From Eledone cirrhosa (Eukaryota): 64,000 nucleotides of DNA. The position numbers and the translations under genes are program-made. The DNA lies in the NCBI GenBank assembly GCA_964016885.1, contig OZ024743.1, forward strand, positions 320,912,001 through 320,976,000, in the 5' to 3' direction. The notes below the pieces were generated by a model. That model was not told the origin of the DNA. It saw nothing but the letters and a program-made list of their open reading frames with translations, and searched no databases. How positions within the stretch are numbered: position 1 is the stretch's first letter; every line of letters begins with the position of its first letter. Below, piece by piece: positions 25,856-38,273 of this stretch.

Positions 25856-26191
25856 GGGTGCAGAATTAATTTCGCCACTGAATTAATTTCGCCACTGAAA
25901 TAATTTCGCTCGGTGAACCCCAAACAAAGTTGCTCCCCTTGTTTATATCCGCAAAGTGACTAAATATTAAAACAAATGTAATATATTTTTTAGGGTTATG
26001 GTTAGGGTTAGGGTTAGGTTAGGGTTGGGTTAGGGTTAGGGTTATTTTTTAGGGTTAGGGTTCAATTAACCCTAACCCTAAAAAATAGCCCTAACCGTAA
26101 ATATATTACATTTGTTTTAGTCACTTTACGGATATAAACAACGGGAGTAACTTTCTTTGGGGTTCACCGGGCGAAATTAATTCAGTAACCC
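25856..26191. mobile_element. Palindromic foldback MITE with (TTAGGG)n/(CCCTAA)n core, nested in the hAT
   Basis: Nearly the whole element is an inverted repeat; flanking 10-bp direct repeat aagacaaaat/aagacgaaat (Mutator-like TSD length). Confidence 0.75.
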
Positions 26192-28819
26192 AAGACGAAA
26201 TGTAAAAACCTCAACTCAATTTCATTTCTATTGCACCCACATTTATAGCGTCCGAGATTTCAGGAACAGACAGGACTTGAGTACTACGCACAGGTGTGCA
26301 TGAATGTGCAAGAACGTACACATATGCATGTGTCTGCGTTATTGCACCCCAAATAATGCAGGTCAACTTAAGTCATGTGATTTTATCACAGAACATTCAA
26401 ACTTAAAAAAGAGTTTGTCATTTTGTGTGATCTTAAGTTCCAAGAAAGTTGAACAAATTTCCAGGCCCACTGAAATTTCTCCGGTCCCACTCAAAATTGT
26501 CCCGGGCCCACTGAGTGGGCCCTTGGCTCACCGTTGAGAACCACTGCTCTAAAGGTTTGACTGCGTTGAAAAATATAACGCCAAGCCCAGAGCGTAACTC
26601 AAATTCAAGGCTCCGAAACATTCTAGCGAAAAGGCTTAGGACACTTTGTAACGCAGTTGGAGAGAGATTGAAAGTGTGTGGGAGAGAGGGAGAGTGAGAT
26701 ATGAAAAAGATAGAAAGTGAGGGTGAGAGAGAAGAAGGATTCAAGAGGCGAACTACGTTCATTGTCAATCTTATTGCTTTTAACAAATAATTGGAAACAG
26801 ACGAAATGGTCGTCTCATGTGCTCTAGAGAAGAAACAAATCATGTCCCCCGTGCTACCCTGAGTGATCCGTTGAGTTGGCAGGCATTTAAACCTAAGAAA
26901 ATTCTCATACACCTATTTCCTTAACAACAGATTTCAATATGCGGGATCCGAGTCTGAATGAGGTGGAATGATTCATCAAGAGGGTACATTCAGCCTTCGC
27001 CATAAGCCCGTGGTATAGCCTACGTTGTTTACAAGTGTTGGTCAGAACTACTCAAACACTTGTGGAAAACCTTGAAGGTGATATTGCAGAAAGCGAGAGT
27101 AGCGTGGCAATGGCGGCTGATTAAATGAGTTCCGCACACCTAAGTGGCAACGCTATTGTTCTAGGATTGGGTATAGCTAATGCATGTGGGCCATTACAAC
27201 ACATACTACTTGAGCTTATAATGCATAACTACCATTGCAAAGCACAACCCTGTTTCAAATAAGATCACACACCAGATCTTCGAATATTACATTCATTTTA
27301 TGTAAAGGGTCATTTCTGGGTCAGTAATTATAAACAGGAACCGATTTTAGCAAGGAACTATAGCATGCTGTCCCATCTCAGTTGTTCAATTTGCTTTTGC
27401 CATAAACATAGTGGTCATGCCAATCGAAGTGGAGAACAGAATTCTTCTGGCCAAGTAAGGAGTATGTCAGATTGCTAGAACATTTATGGATGAGCTGACC
27501 ATCACAACATGCTCGGTTTAAAACAATAGGTGAATTCTGCAGGCTCTTTAGAAGCTCATCACAAAGACAAGTTTGTTTATGGCAGAAAGGTTTGTTCATG
27601 GCATTTAAGAGCAGCTAATCAGGATTTTGATGGAAGATTTCTTTTTATTTAACACTAACAGACTTTGTGACTATTAAATTGTTAGGAAAGGCCTTGAATA
27701 TTGAGTTACAAGGATTGTAGAATCAGGCCTGTCTGGAAGATAATTTAAGATCTGGTTTTACTAACATTACAATCTGCTCCGTGTCAGATAGCTTCTGTTT
27801 ATTTACATACCTCCCTTTAACAACATTGATGTTCCTTGAATGGGATATCTGCAGGCTTCCATGCAGTTAGCTGGGCTTTCTACACAGCATCAGTTGGCAC
27901 ATACAAGAAAAATACTGTAATCTTTAGCTTCTAGGGATGAGTTGGTTGAATCAGCTGCTATCAAGGTGAAAATAGGCAGGAAATGGAGGTCTGCGTCAAG
28001 CTTAAGTCAAAGGAAAATGATTGGCACTATTACAATAAGGAGTACCAAGGAAAGGAGTAACAACACCTTATCCAACATGACGTCATAGGCCTCAGCTAGA
28101 AAGGAATATTTGTATATACAAAGTGACGAGTCTAAATTGCCACTAGAAATAGTAGTCAATATGGACCATCGATCAGCTCAACATTTAGGGAGCAGCAAAT
28201 TTCATACATAAGTAAATTTCTCACCAATACCCATCTCAAGGAAAACAGATCGCTAAAAAAATCTCTTCAGAGAAGCAAATACATATAGAACATCTTATAC
28301 AAAGTCACTGAAGGTTATATCCCTATAAAGTAATCTAAAAGGAACACGTCACAAGCATCTTTCCCTATGGATATATATTCTTAGTAAAGTGACCTAAATC
28401 TAGAGCGCTTCATTAAGTTCCCAAGATCAAGAAGAATACTGACCATTTCAATCGATTGAGACAGTCCGTGATGGTAGAATATCCTTTTGTCAGAGTATTG
28501 CACAAGCAAATGTGTGAGTGGTGTTGATAAATGCTAAAAAGCGAGAAACAGGACTGTCGATCACTCTCCTTTGCTTTTGCTGAGAATAAGTAAGTGACAT
28601 AGTCACTACTTTAAAACTCATAGCGAATGGTCTTCAAAATATTTTAAATTAAACATACAGTATATTGCCAAATATACTTTACACACATCGCTATTTCAGA
28701 GCACCAATACTAATAACTAATTTTTGCTGGACCGGCAACCGCTCTGTTTAATCAGCTCTTAAATATTACTGGATTTATATATATATATATATTTAAAAAT
28801 ACGTGGAAATAATAGACAA

Positions 28820-29637
28820 AAATATACCTATATTTTCTTCAAAGTCCCCACTGCAGTTTCGCCAAATCCGTTTGCAACAATATGCATTTTGAAGTGCATC
28901 ATCGCTGTGAGGTTGATAAGGGTTATCAAGAGACCCCTCAAAAAGAACTGTTTCTTGACGCGTTCGTAACAAGTGAGAAATTCTCGAGAGGTGGAGGTAG
29001 AAATTAACACGTGATACAGTGGTCACAGAAGGGTAGTAAATGTGGACACGAAGCAAGTACTACATTTGCTAGAAAAAGCATTTAGCACACGCCTGGTTAA
29101 CTCGACCATAGGGGAGTTTGGGACAATATAATAATTGTTTCTACTTTAGGCACAAGGCCAGCAATTACCCAGTGCATTACTGGTACTTTATTTTATCGAC
29201 CCCGTAAGGATGAAAGGCAAAGTTAACCTCGGCGGGATTTGAACTCAGAATGTAAAGGGACGTAACTATGCTAGAAAGCATGGCGTCCGACCCTCTACCG
29301 ATACTGCCAATTCACCTGTGATATACACACACATATTCATATGTATATGTGTGTGATGTCCGCCTTAACAAGTTTTGCTTGATGACCGAAAGAGTTAAAA
29401 TAATCAAAAGAATTAAAATAACTCAATAATCAGAGTTATTTATCAAATTAAAAATGATAGTGAAAAATATACCTATTTTTCTTCAAAGTCCTGACTGCAG
29501 TTTCACCGAATCCGTTTGCAACAATATGCACTTTAGAAGTGTATCATCGCTGTGAGGTTGATAAGGCTTATCAAGAGACACCTCAAAAAAAGACTCTTTC
29601 TTGACGCGTTCGTAGCAAGTGAGGAATTCTCGAGAGG
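28820..29637 (-). repeat. About 170-bp direct repeats (28820-28990, 29465-29637), each with a degenerate long-stem-II hammerhead
   Basis: Minus-strand consensus gtctc-TTGATAA-gcc...ggc-GAAA-ctgcag-TC-gggac; each copy has different defects. Confidence 0.6.
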
Positions 29638-29749
29638 CGAAGGGATATATATATCCGGTGAGTATATAACTGTAGTCTCACCTTTCTCAAGGGGTCATAT
29701 GTTTCTCCAGCGCTTTTCAAAACATCTCTTCAATTTTAGGTCATCTTCC

Positions 29750-30200
29750 GATGGGTACAGAGCAACGAACCAGCCTGATGTTTCTTATTCGGTGAGAAAA
29801 ATTCCTTCAGAAGTACTCGAAATACTGCAACAAGTGTACGGAGGTGAGACGATGTTGCGCTCAAGGGTTTTCGAATGGCACAAAAATTGAAAGATAAGAA
29901 TGGAAGGTTTTCAACGAGCTGGAGAGAAGCCAATGTTGAACGTGTGAGGAAGGTGGTGCGTGGCAATCATCAGCTGATTGTTCAACTGATTGCAAATGAG
30001 CTGGACATGAACTGTGAGAGCGTTTGGAAGATTATCACAGACGATTTGGGCAAGCGGAAGATCTGCGCATAGATGGAGCCAAAGCTGCTGAACAATGACC
30101 AGAAGGAGCGGCACAGGCAGGTATCTGGACATCCTCGAGAGTCTTGAAACTGAAGCAGACTTGTTGGGGAGAGTCATGGATCTTCGACTAAGTCCTGTGT
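29750..30200 (+). pseudogene. Mariner transposase N-terminal fragment (degraded)
   Basis: LQQVYGGETMLRSRVFEWHK, GR.STS...NVERVRKVV, IANELDM...VWKIITDDLGKRKICA*.EPKLL are mariner HTH motifs. Confidence 0.85.
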
Positions 30201-30819
30201 CCAAACATGACTGAGTTACAGAAAATCCTGGGGGAATTGTTCCAGAGAAGAATGGGAAAGTGGGGTATTATTTCTAAGTGGAAAAGAGTAGTGGATTAGT
30301 AGTGTCATTAGAGTTGGAAAACATGTTTTATGGCAGAGACTTACGCCCCTTAATGATTTGAGGTCAAATCTTGCCATAAAATTACCAGTAAAAATAAAAT
30401 TCCAGTAAGGCATTGGGGTCACTTTAATCAACATCTCCCAATCCTTAAACGGTTGGCCTTGTGCCTATATCAGAAACCATTATTTTTGAGGGGAAAACGT
30501 TTAATTTGTAGTTTCGATTTGAAATATTTGTTTTGGGACCCCAATCCTATTTCTTTTTTAAAACACTTCATATATATATATATCAGGAAAAAGACTGTGA
30601 TGAGATGAAGTAGAAGAAAAGAAATGGGGGTGGGAAGAGAGCCCTTGCTCCAACACTAGAACCATAATTAGATAAATGCTGTTATTTCCAAATGAACATG
30701 ATCGACATGTATAAGAAACTAGGAAAGATTAAAGTTCATTGTCAGTGGCCATGCTCCTGCAAACGTCTAAAAGTCACAGGCTGGAAAAACATAATTTATC
30801 GATCTCCTTCTTCGTCCAC

Positions 30820-31130
30820 AGATTCCTGAGAGGATCGTGGGGGCAGAGTCCTCAAACACTTCTTTCAGCATCTCCTGCTAGAAGCAACCGTTTCCGATTG
30901 ATCCGGCTCGAACCCCAAGCGTGTCCAGGCCAACCATGCTCATGAATGTTATCGAACCATCTTGATCGTAGTCTACACCTGGCTCTCCTGCAGGTTTGTT
31001 TTTCCTGTAAAATCTGTCCAGCGGTTCTTTCCTGAGACGTTCTAACCCACATGCCCATAGTAACGGGGCTCTGATCTCCGCGGTACGCACTCTGTCGTGT
31101 TCCGTTACTTTGTCGATAATTTCTGATATT
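30820..31130 (-). pseudogene. RTE 3'-end fragment within the 5S spacer (second copy 40910-41200)
   Basis: ERTAGQIL...RRARCRLRSRWFDNI...AERSV resembles the RTE/Expander C-terminus; duplicated with its flanks. Confidence 0.6.
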
Positions 31131-31174
31131 TTAAATTTTTTTATTTCGTCCAGCTACGGTAGCAGTGAACCTCG

Positions 31175-34100
31175 TATAGATAAGATGAGGGTTAAATTTT
31201 ATCTGTATCCTTTTGCATTTGCTTGTTATTAGTCTTAGAAGGATCTTATTTATAAGCGATATAATTGAAATACCTTAATCGAAGAGTTGGTAGCTTCTCA
31301 TCGGTAGTAAATGCATCTGACTTCCAGGATATAAATAAATAGCTCTTTAACGTTCAATCCTCTATAAATATAATTTTATTTGTCGAAAGGAATGTAGGAG
31401 TCATTTTACAATAAATCGTCACGCGTCCGTGTCATCTCCTGGTCAGCTCGGTCTGTCTGGTCTCTCGCGTGCTGTCTGAGGTTTTTCACCAGAGAGCGAG
31501 AGTGAGATTGACCATGTATTTATACGCAACTTCCCATTGGTCACTTTGACCTTATTGCATATGAAAATGTTGCTATTGCGAGGTGCGACGTAGTTCCACT
31601 ACATTACCCTCTGCTTAGACTTGAAAGCAGTCGATAAAAATGAGGAGACATTTTCTGCAAAGGTAACATAAGTTATGCAAAGCACATCCAAAAATGAAGA
31701 AAAAAGAGAAAAAAAAAAAGGAATAGTTCATATGTAAATTGTTTTACAAAGTTTCTTGGGCCAATGACCTGACGACCACTGCGAGTTGTCGTGATATATG
31801 TTGAAGGTAAAGGAGTGTTTGTGTGTGATTGTGATGTTTGCGGTGGTGCTTGTATTGACACATTGTAGGAGGGGAGAGTATGAGGCTCTGGTGTGAGAAC
31901 ATCTGTGTAGGCCCGCTTTAGTCTGCCAATAGAGACTGTGTCTTTATGTCCATTAAAGTCAATGGTGAAATGTTTATCTTTACGTGCAAGTACGTGATAG
32001 GGTCCATAATAAGGTGGAGTGAGAGGACTTCTCACTGCGTCATTTCTGACAAAAACATGGGTCTACGAGGATTTAATGGCTTGTTGCCTAGTGTTCATAG
32101 GAGACAGGACTTAAAAATACGCACGCAAACGGGTCACATATAGTGTAGGGTCCTGAGTAGCAAGGTCAACTGGGGCAAGCATCTGCCCTGGCAGAGATAA
32201 TGTAATGCCGTACAAAAGCTCGGCTGGAGAGAATCCAAGGTCCTCTTTCATTGAAGTGCAGATACCGAGTAGAACTATGGGGAGGTAATCGCTCCAATGT
32301 AGAGTATCCGGATGGGCACGCAATACGGCCTTTAACTGGCGATTAAAACGCTCTACCATTCCATTAGATGCAGGGTGGTAACTGGTAGTCCTGATGCGTT
32401 GAGCACCGATAATATTCGATAGATGCCTGAAAAGTTGGAATTCAAACTGCCTACCACGATCTGTAGTAATAGTGGTAGGAACCCCATAGCGCGATATCCA
32501 TCCTGAAACCAGGGCTCGCGTTACAGATTCAGCAGTAATGTCACTAAGAGGAATGGCTTCAGGCCATCGGGTGAAACGGTCAATACAGGTTAGAATGTAT
32601 GAACATCCACGACTGGCAGGCCAAGGTCCCACGATATCAATGCGTATGTGGCAAAAACGTGCGTCAGGTGTGCTAAATGTGCCGACAGGTGCGCGAATAT
32701 GTTTATGCACCTTCGACTTTTGACAAGATAAACAGGAACATGACCAAGCAGTGATATCACTTCTCATATTCGGCCAGAAAAATCTAGCTGAAATGAGTTT
32801 CACTGTGGCGCAAATGCCGGGGTGTGCCAAACTATGTAGAGAATCGAAAACTATTCGACGATGAGTCTCTGGTACCAGAGTGCGAGGTGAATCTGTCGCA
32901 GTATCACACAGAATCTGAGAGTCCGAAGTGGGTACAGGCAGGTATTTAAATTTGCAAGTTGCAAATTCAGGTGAAGACAGATCCAACGTCTCTAGTGTGG
33001 GCTGCTCTGCAGCCACAAGATGCAAGTCAACAGTCGCAGGTGCTGACAAAGCATTGATGGGTAGGCGAGATAAGGCATCCGCCGCTGTTTTGTTCACCCG
33101 GTATATGACGAATGTCATTCATAAACTGGGATATGAAGTCCAAGTGACGAGTTTCTCGAGGTGAGTATTTGTCCGGATTGGAACTGAGTGCGAACGTAAG
33201 TGGACGATGGTCAGTATAGATCGTAAACTGTCGGCCTTCCAGTGAATGCCGAAAGTGTTTCACAGCAAGGAAAATGGCTAACAGTTTGCGGCCAAAGGTG
33301 GTATAGCGGGATTCGGCAGGCTTCAGCTGCTTAGCAAAGAAAGCAAGAGGTTGAAGCTGTTGTTGGTGGTGCTGTTGCAATACTGCACCTACCGCTGTGC
33401 TTGATGCATCAACAACCAGCGAAAACTGGGCACCAGACACAGGGTGAGTAAGCAGAGATGCGTTTGCTAAATTCTGATTAGCTTTGGAGAATGCTTCAAG
33501 CTGCATGGGCCCCAAAGCGATTGGCTCGTTCTTCTTCTTTCTGTTACACAGGAGATCAGATAGTGGAGCTAAGAGTTCTGTGCAATGCGGGATGAACCGA
33601 CGATAATAATTTAGGAGGCCCAGGAACTGCCGCAGCTGTCGCAAAGAAGTAGGTGGAGGGAGTTCCTCAAGAGCCTTCACTTTCTCAGGAAGTGGGAATA
33701 TTCCCTCAGAGTTTATCACGTGGCCTAAAAAGACGAGTGAAGCAGCGCCAAAAGTACACTTTGCAGGTTTAATGCGAACTTGGTACTGCCTAAATCGTTC
33801 AATCAGTTGGCGGAGGTACGAGATATGGTCCTCCGGTGAAGCACTCGCGATGAGAATATCGTCGATGTAGCAATATACAAAATCCAGGTCGCGGACGACT
33901 TCGTCCATAAATCGCTGAAAGGTACTAGCAGCATTGCGTAGTCCAAAAGGCATTGTTAAAAACTCGAATGCACCGAAAGGTGTAGTAACAGCAGTTTTAG
34001 GAATGTCCGCAGGATTCACAGGAATTTGATGGTATGCTCTGATCAGGTCCAATTTTGAAAAGATAGTACATCCATGAAGCGAAGAAGTGAAATCCTGGAT

Positions 34101-36343
34101 GTGAGGAATTGGGTAACGGTCCGGCACGGTGATAGAATTTAATCACCGAATATCTCCAGTAGGACGCCAGTCTCCCGAACGTTTCGGCACCATGAGCAAA
34201 GGCGAGGCCCACGGACTGGAAGAAGGGCGAATGATACCCAACTGCAGCATATGGTTAAACTCTGCCTTAGCCGCTCAATTTTTCCGGAGCAAGGCGACGC
34301 GGGCGTGAAAAAACTGGAGCACCCTTAGTCTCAATAAAATGTTTGGTAGAGTGAGTAAGGGTATCTGCCATAAAGTTCAGGTTCGTTAATTCCGGAAAGG
34401 AATGCAAAAGCGCATGATACGGGTCATCCGAAGCAGCGATTAGAAGACTGGACTGATAGACTGGGTTACTGAAGTACGGACCAAGCGCAGAAAGATTCGT
34501 AGTTGCGTCCAATAAACGACGTGTTCGCATATCAACCATAAGATTGAAATGATGCCAAAAATCATCACCCAGAATAGGATATGGTAAATCAGCTATGGTG
34601 AAAATCCATGAGAAATCTCTACGTAAATCCAGGTCCAAAGAGCGAGAGATTTGTCCATACGTAGAGATAGCTGAATGGTTTATAGCGTGTAGTGATATGT
34701 GTGAGAGAGGAGGTTTCTCTTTCAAGAGTTTTAACGGCCAAATGCTGCAAAACGTACCCGTGTCGATGAGGCAGCGTGCGTGCGAGGAGGAATCCGTAAT
34801 GAAAAATGCACGACTTTCAATACAGAATTGCTTAATTCTCCGTTATTTCGTTTCCTCTGAGAGAAAAGGAACAAGGCTAGATACATTTATGAGCAGAGGC
34901 TCCGAAACGGTTATGGTAAAAGTATGCTCGCGATGGTGAAGGTCGGAAACGACGACGTTAAGAATTCGAGCGATTCTGCGACCGTTGTCGGGGAGATCTC
35001 GATCTGGATAAACGAAGTTGTACCGCCTTCGTAAGGTCAAGGATGGCCTTTAGTGTTGCTTCGTTGGTCGAAGTGGCGCTGGCTGAAACTGATGCGACAG
35101 GAAAAGGTGAAGCATTTGTTGCAACTCGTGATGGGGTAGTAGTGGTCGAATTGCCGGAGTACTCCAAAGTTTTATCAGCGGATGACGCCAACTGATCCAT
35201 CGAACTGGTTTCGGTCATCGCTGCTAAAATGGCCTGGACATTAGGCGGCAGCCTAGAGAAGAAAAGCTGCTTGGTCATGGCGCTGTCGGCCGGTGCGTCT
35301 TCTACCAGCTCTCTCATCCTCCGTAAGAGTTGTGTAGGTGTATAATTGAAAGGATGCCAAAAATCATCACCCAGAATAGGATATGGCAAATATCCTATTC
35401 TGGGTGATGATTTCCGCCGAGACAGAAGTGTGGTTAAAGATTTATTTATTTATGCTGCTATGGGTAGCCTCCGGAGCCGGGTCGGTAATCAAGTCCTTAA
35501 CCGTTCGTGATAAGGAAGCAGGAATGGCACTCAGTAAAAGATGGAGCTGTCTAGAGTCGGACGAAATATTGTGTGCGAGGAAAAATGATTCTATTTGTGC
35601 CAGCCAGATTCGCACTTCCCCGCAAAAAACCCGCAGTGAATTACTTGACATTGTTGGAGAAAGACGTTCGTAAACATCACCAAAATAGTTGTGAACAAAA
35701 CATGTAAAAATAATTGTTTAAGTTCCGTAGTATCCTCGCAACAGTAGAGAGTGCGCATATGTCGGCCAAAGTAAAAGCGCGAGAATCAGTGATGAAGAAG
35801 AAAAAGGTGAGACGCCATATTGGACAAAAATGCCATGTGCGAAGGAAATATCGTGTTTTTGTAAGCTCGACATTTTTTTTTTTTATGTGTGTGAAGGATG
35901 TATTATTTACAGTCGGGTCACCATTTTATAGATAAGATGAGGGTTAAATTTTATCTATATCCTTTTACATGTTATTAGTCCTCGAAGGATCTTATTTATA
36001 AGCGATATAATTGAAATACCTTAATCGAAGAGTTGGTAGCTTCTCATCGGTAGTAAATGCTTCTGACTTCCAGAATATAAATAAATAGCTCTTTAACGTT
36101 CAATGCTCTATAAATATAATTTTATTTGTCGAAAGGAATGAAGGAGTCATTTTACAATAAATCTTCACGCGTCCGTACAATCTCCTGGTCATCTCGGTCT
36201 GTCTGGTCTCTCGAGTGCTGTCTGATGTTTTTCACCAGAGAGTGAGATTGACCATGTATTCATACGCAACTTCCCATTGGTCAGTTTGACCTTATTGCAT
36301 ATGAAAATGTTGCTATTGCGAGGTGCGACGTAGTTCCACTACA
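31175..36343 (-). mobile_element. Gypsy LTR retrotransposon, CsRn1-like, degenerate
   Basis: LTRs 31175-31603 and 35927-36343; PBS tggtgacccgac (tRNA-Trp-like) at 35912-35923; purine-rich tract at 31604-31616; 4-bp TSD CTCG/CTAG supported by the empty site at 41243-41246. Confidence 0.92.
31880..35651 (-). pseudogene. Gypsy gag-pol (gag, protease, RT, RNase H, integrase) with frameshifts
   Basis: [85 protein letters not shown]. Confidence 0.9.
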
Positions 36344-36372
36344 CTAGTATTTACTCTAGAAAATATTTCCGC

Positions 36373-36462
36373 ATCACGCTGAAAAACCGGTTATCGTCCG
36401 ATCACCGAGCCTAGTTAGTACTTAGATGGGTGACTGCTTGGGAAACCTAGGTGCTGCAAGCA
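36373..36462 (+). pseudogene. 5S rRNA pseudogene (5'-truncated, internal deletion)
   Basis: atcacgctgaaaa.ccggtt.tcgtccgatcaccga[deletion]gcctagttagtacttagatgggtgac.gcttgggaaacctaggtgctg. Confidence 0.85.
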
Positions 36463-36929
36463 TCTCCTTTTATTTTTTTTTTTTTGAAAATTAAATTCTT
36501 TTCAAAGCTTCTTATTTCTTAAATATGCTATCGCTCGGGAAACCCAGGTGCGGTAAGCATTTCTTTTTTTTTTCTTTTCAATTAATTTTGCAAGCTCCTA
36601 TCTTGAATAATATCTGTGCTAGTTTCAAAACAATTATGTCCACAAACTTATTCTTTTCCTTCAACTCTACCCTGTGTATGTAGAATACCATCATAGAATG
36701 GCAGTATCGGTAGAGCTTTAGATAACATGCATGCAGCATAGAGTTACGCCCCTTTATCTTCTGCTGAGTTCAGATCCCACCGTGGATAGCTTCGCCCTTC
36801 ATCCTTGTGCGGCCGATGAATTAAATCTCAAGCAATGCACTGGGCTCGATTCAATTGACTTTCACTCACTTGTACCTAAATCAGGAATATCACTTTAACA
36901 CCGAGATTGAACGATGATTATAATAGAAA

Positions 36930-38190
36930 TAAGGAAAATGGCGACAAGAAAGGACGTTTGACCACTTCTTCCCAAACTAAATATAATATTATCACCAATA
37001 ACTGCCCTTTTAACGCATGTCAGGTGGATTACAATATTCATTATTACAAATACCTTGACTGTTCTCTGACTATTATTAGTACCAATTTCAACATAAAATT
37101 AAAAATTACCTGAACGAAGTATATTTGATTTTCGCCAACAAACCACATGTGGACATGAACGGGGAAAAAAAATCACTACATGCCTTAGGGACCACAATAA
37201 GTACTTCACAATATCTATAAACAACAATATACACACAGATTTATATATAGATACATACCACAGACGCATATACACACAAGTGAAAAGAAACCACACTATT
37301 TCATGTGAGGCAATATACCGGCCAATCTTACGTACATTATAAAACCATTCTGAACATTGACTTCGCTTCTAACCCACATACACCTTTTAATTATATATAT
37401 ATATATAATTATATATTCATGTGCAGATCTTTTTGTATACACACACGCAATACATAGGAAAACAGAAACAGAAATACAAAAACAAAACATAAACAAACAT
37501 TGTATTTATCTTGTTAACAAATGTGCTAAACTTACGCAGCATATTTATTTGTTTACATTTACATCTTGTTCTACTGCACGGATGGACAGACATGACAAAA
37601 TAGCTATTGTGACATCCATGGATGAAGTGTGTAATAAAACTGGGCGATGTTCCAAAATAGAACATTGCCCAGAAAATCACGTCTGTCATCTATGTACAGA
37701 ACCAGAGAACTCCTTCCAAAATCGATGGGTCGAATGTGGCAAATGTCGTGTTTCTGTTTGCCTTCAATGTGCCACAAACTTTCGAAAGATCCCAGTTCAG
37801 AAAAAGAGACACCATATTTCTATGATGGATGGGCTCTGGGAAATGGTCCAGCTACCAAATTTGTCCTTTCAGTGCCTGGCTTGTGTGTCTGCCTCTACCA
37901 TTGCTGTTGAACAACAACAACAAAAACCAACGATCGTGTCTTCCTCTACCATTGTTCCCTGAACAGCAAAAATCCCACGACCGTAGCTTCCGCTACTACT
38001 CCTGTTGAAGGACTTCATCAACAACAGCAATCCAAGTCTTCCTCCCCCGTTACTTTTCAACAACAACAACCGACGACTGTGTCTTCCCCTACCATGCCTG
38101 TTGTTGAAGAAGAAGAAGAAGAAGAAGAAGAAGAAGAAGAAGAAGAAGAAGAAGAAGAAGAAGAAGAAGAAGAAGAAGAAGAAGAAGAAG

Positions 38191-38273
<83 letters not shown>

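Larger units (their letters stand above)
23111..26546 (-). mobile_element. Complete hAT (Buster/Charlie-type) DNA transposon
   Basis: TIRs cagtgtttctcaac / gttgagaaccactg; 8-bp TSD CTCTAAAG (23103-23110, 26547-26554) with central TA. Confidence 0.92.

Noticed and set aside
25990-26100. Telomere or chromosome-fusion site
   Set aside because: Short, degenerate, and enclosed in TIRs with a TSD-like repeat.
22160-28560. Complex sequence flanking the hAT (22160-23100, 26560-28560), possibly an old coding element
   Set aside because: Could not recover convincing protein motifs by eye; needs a translated search.
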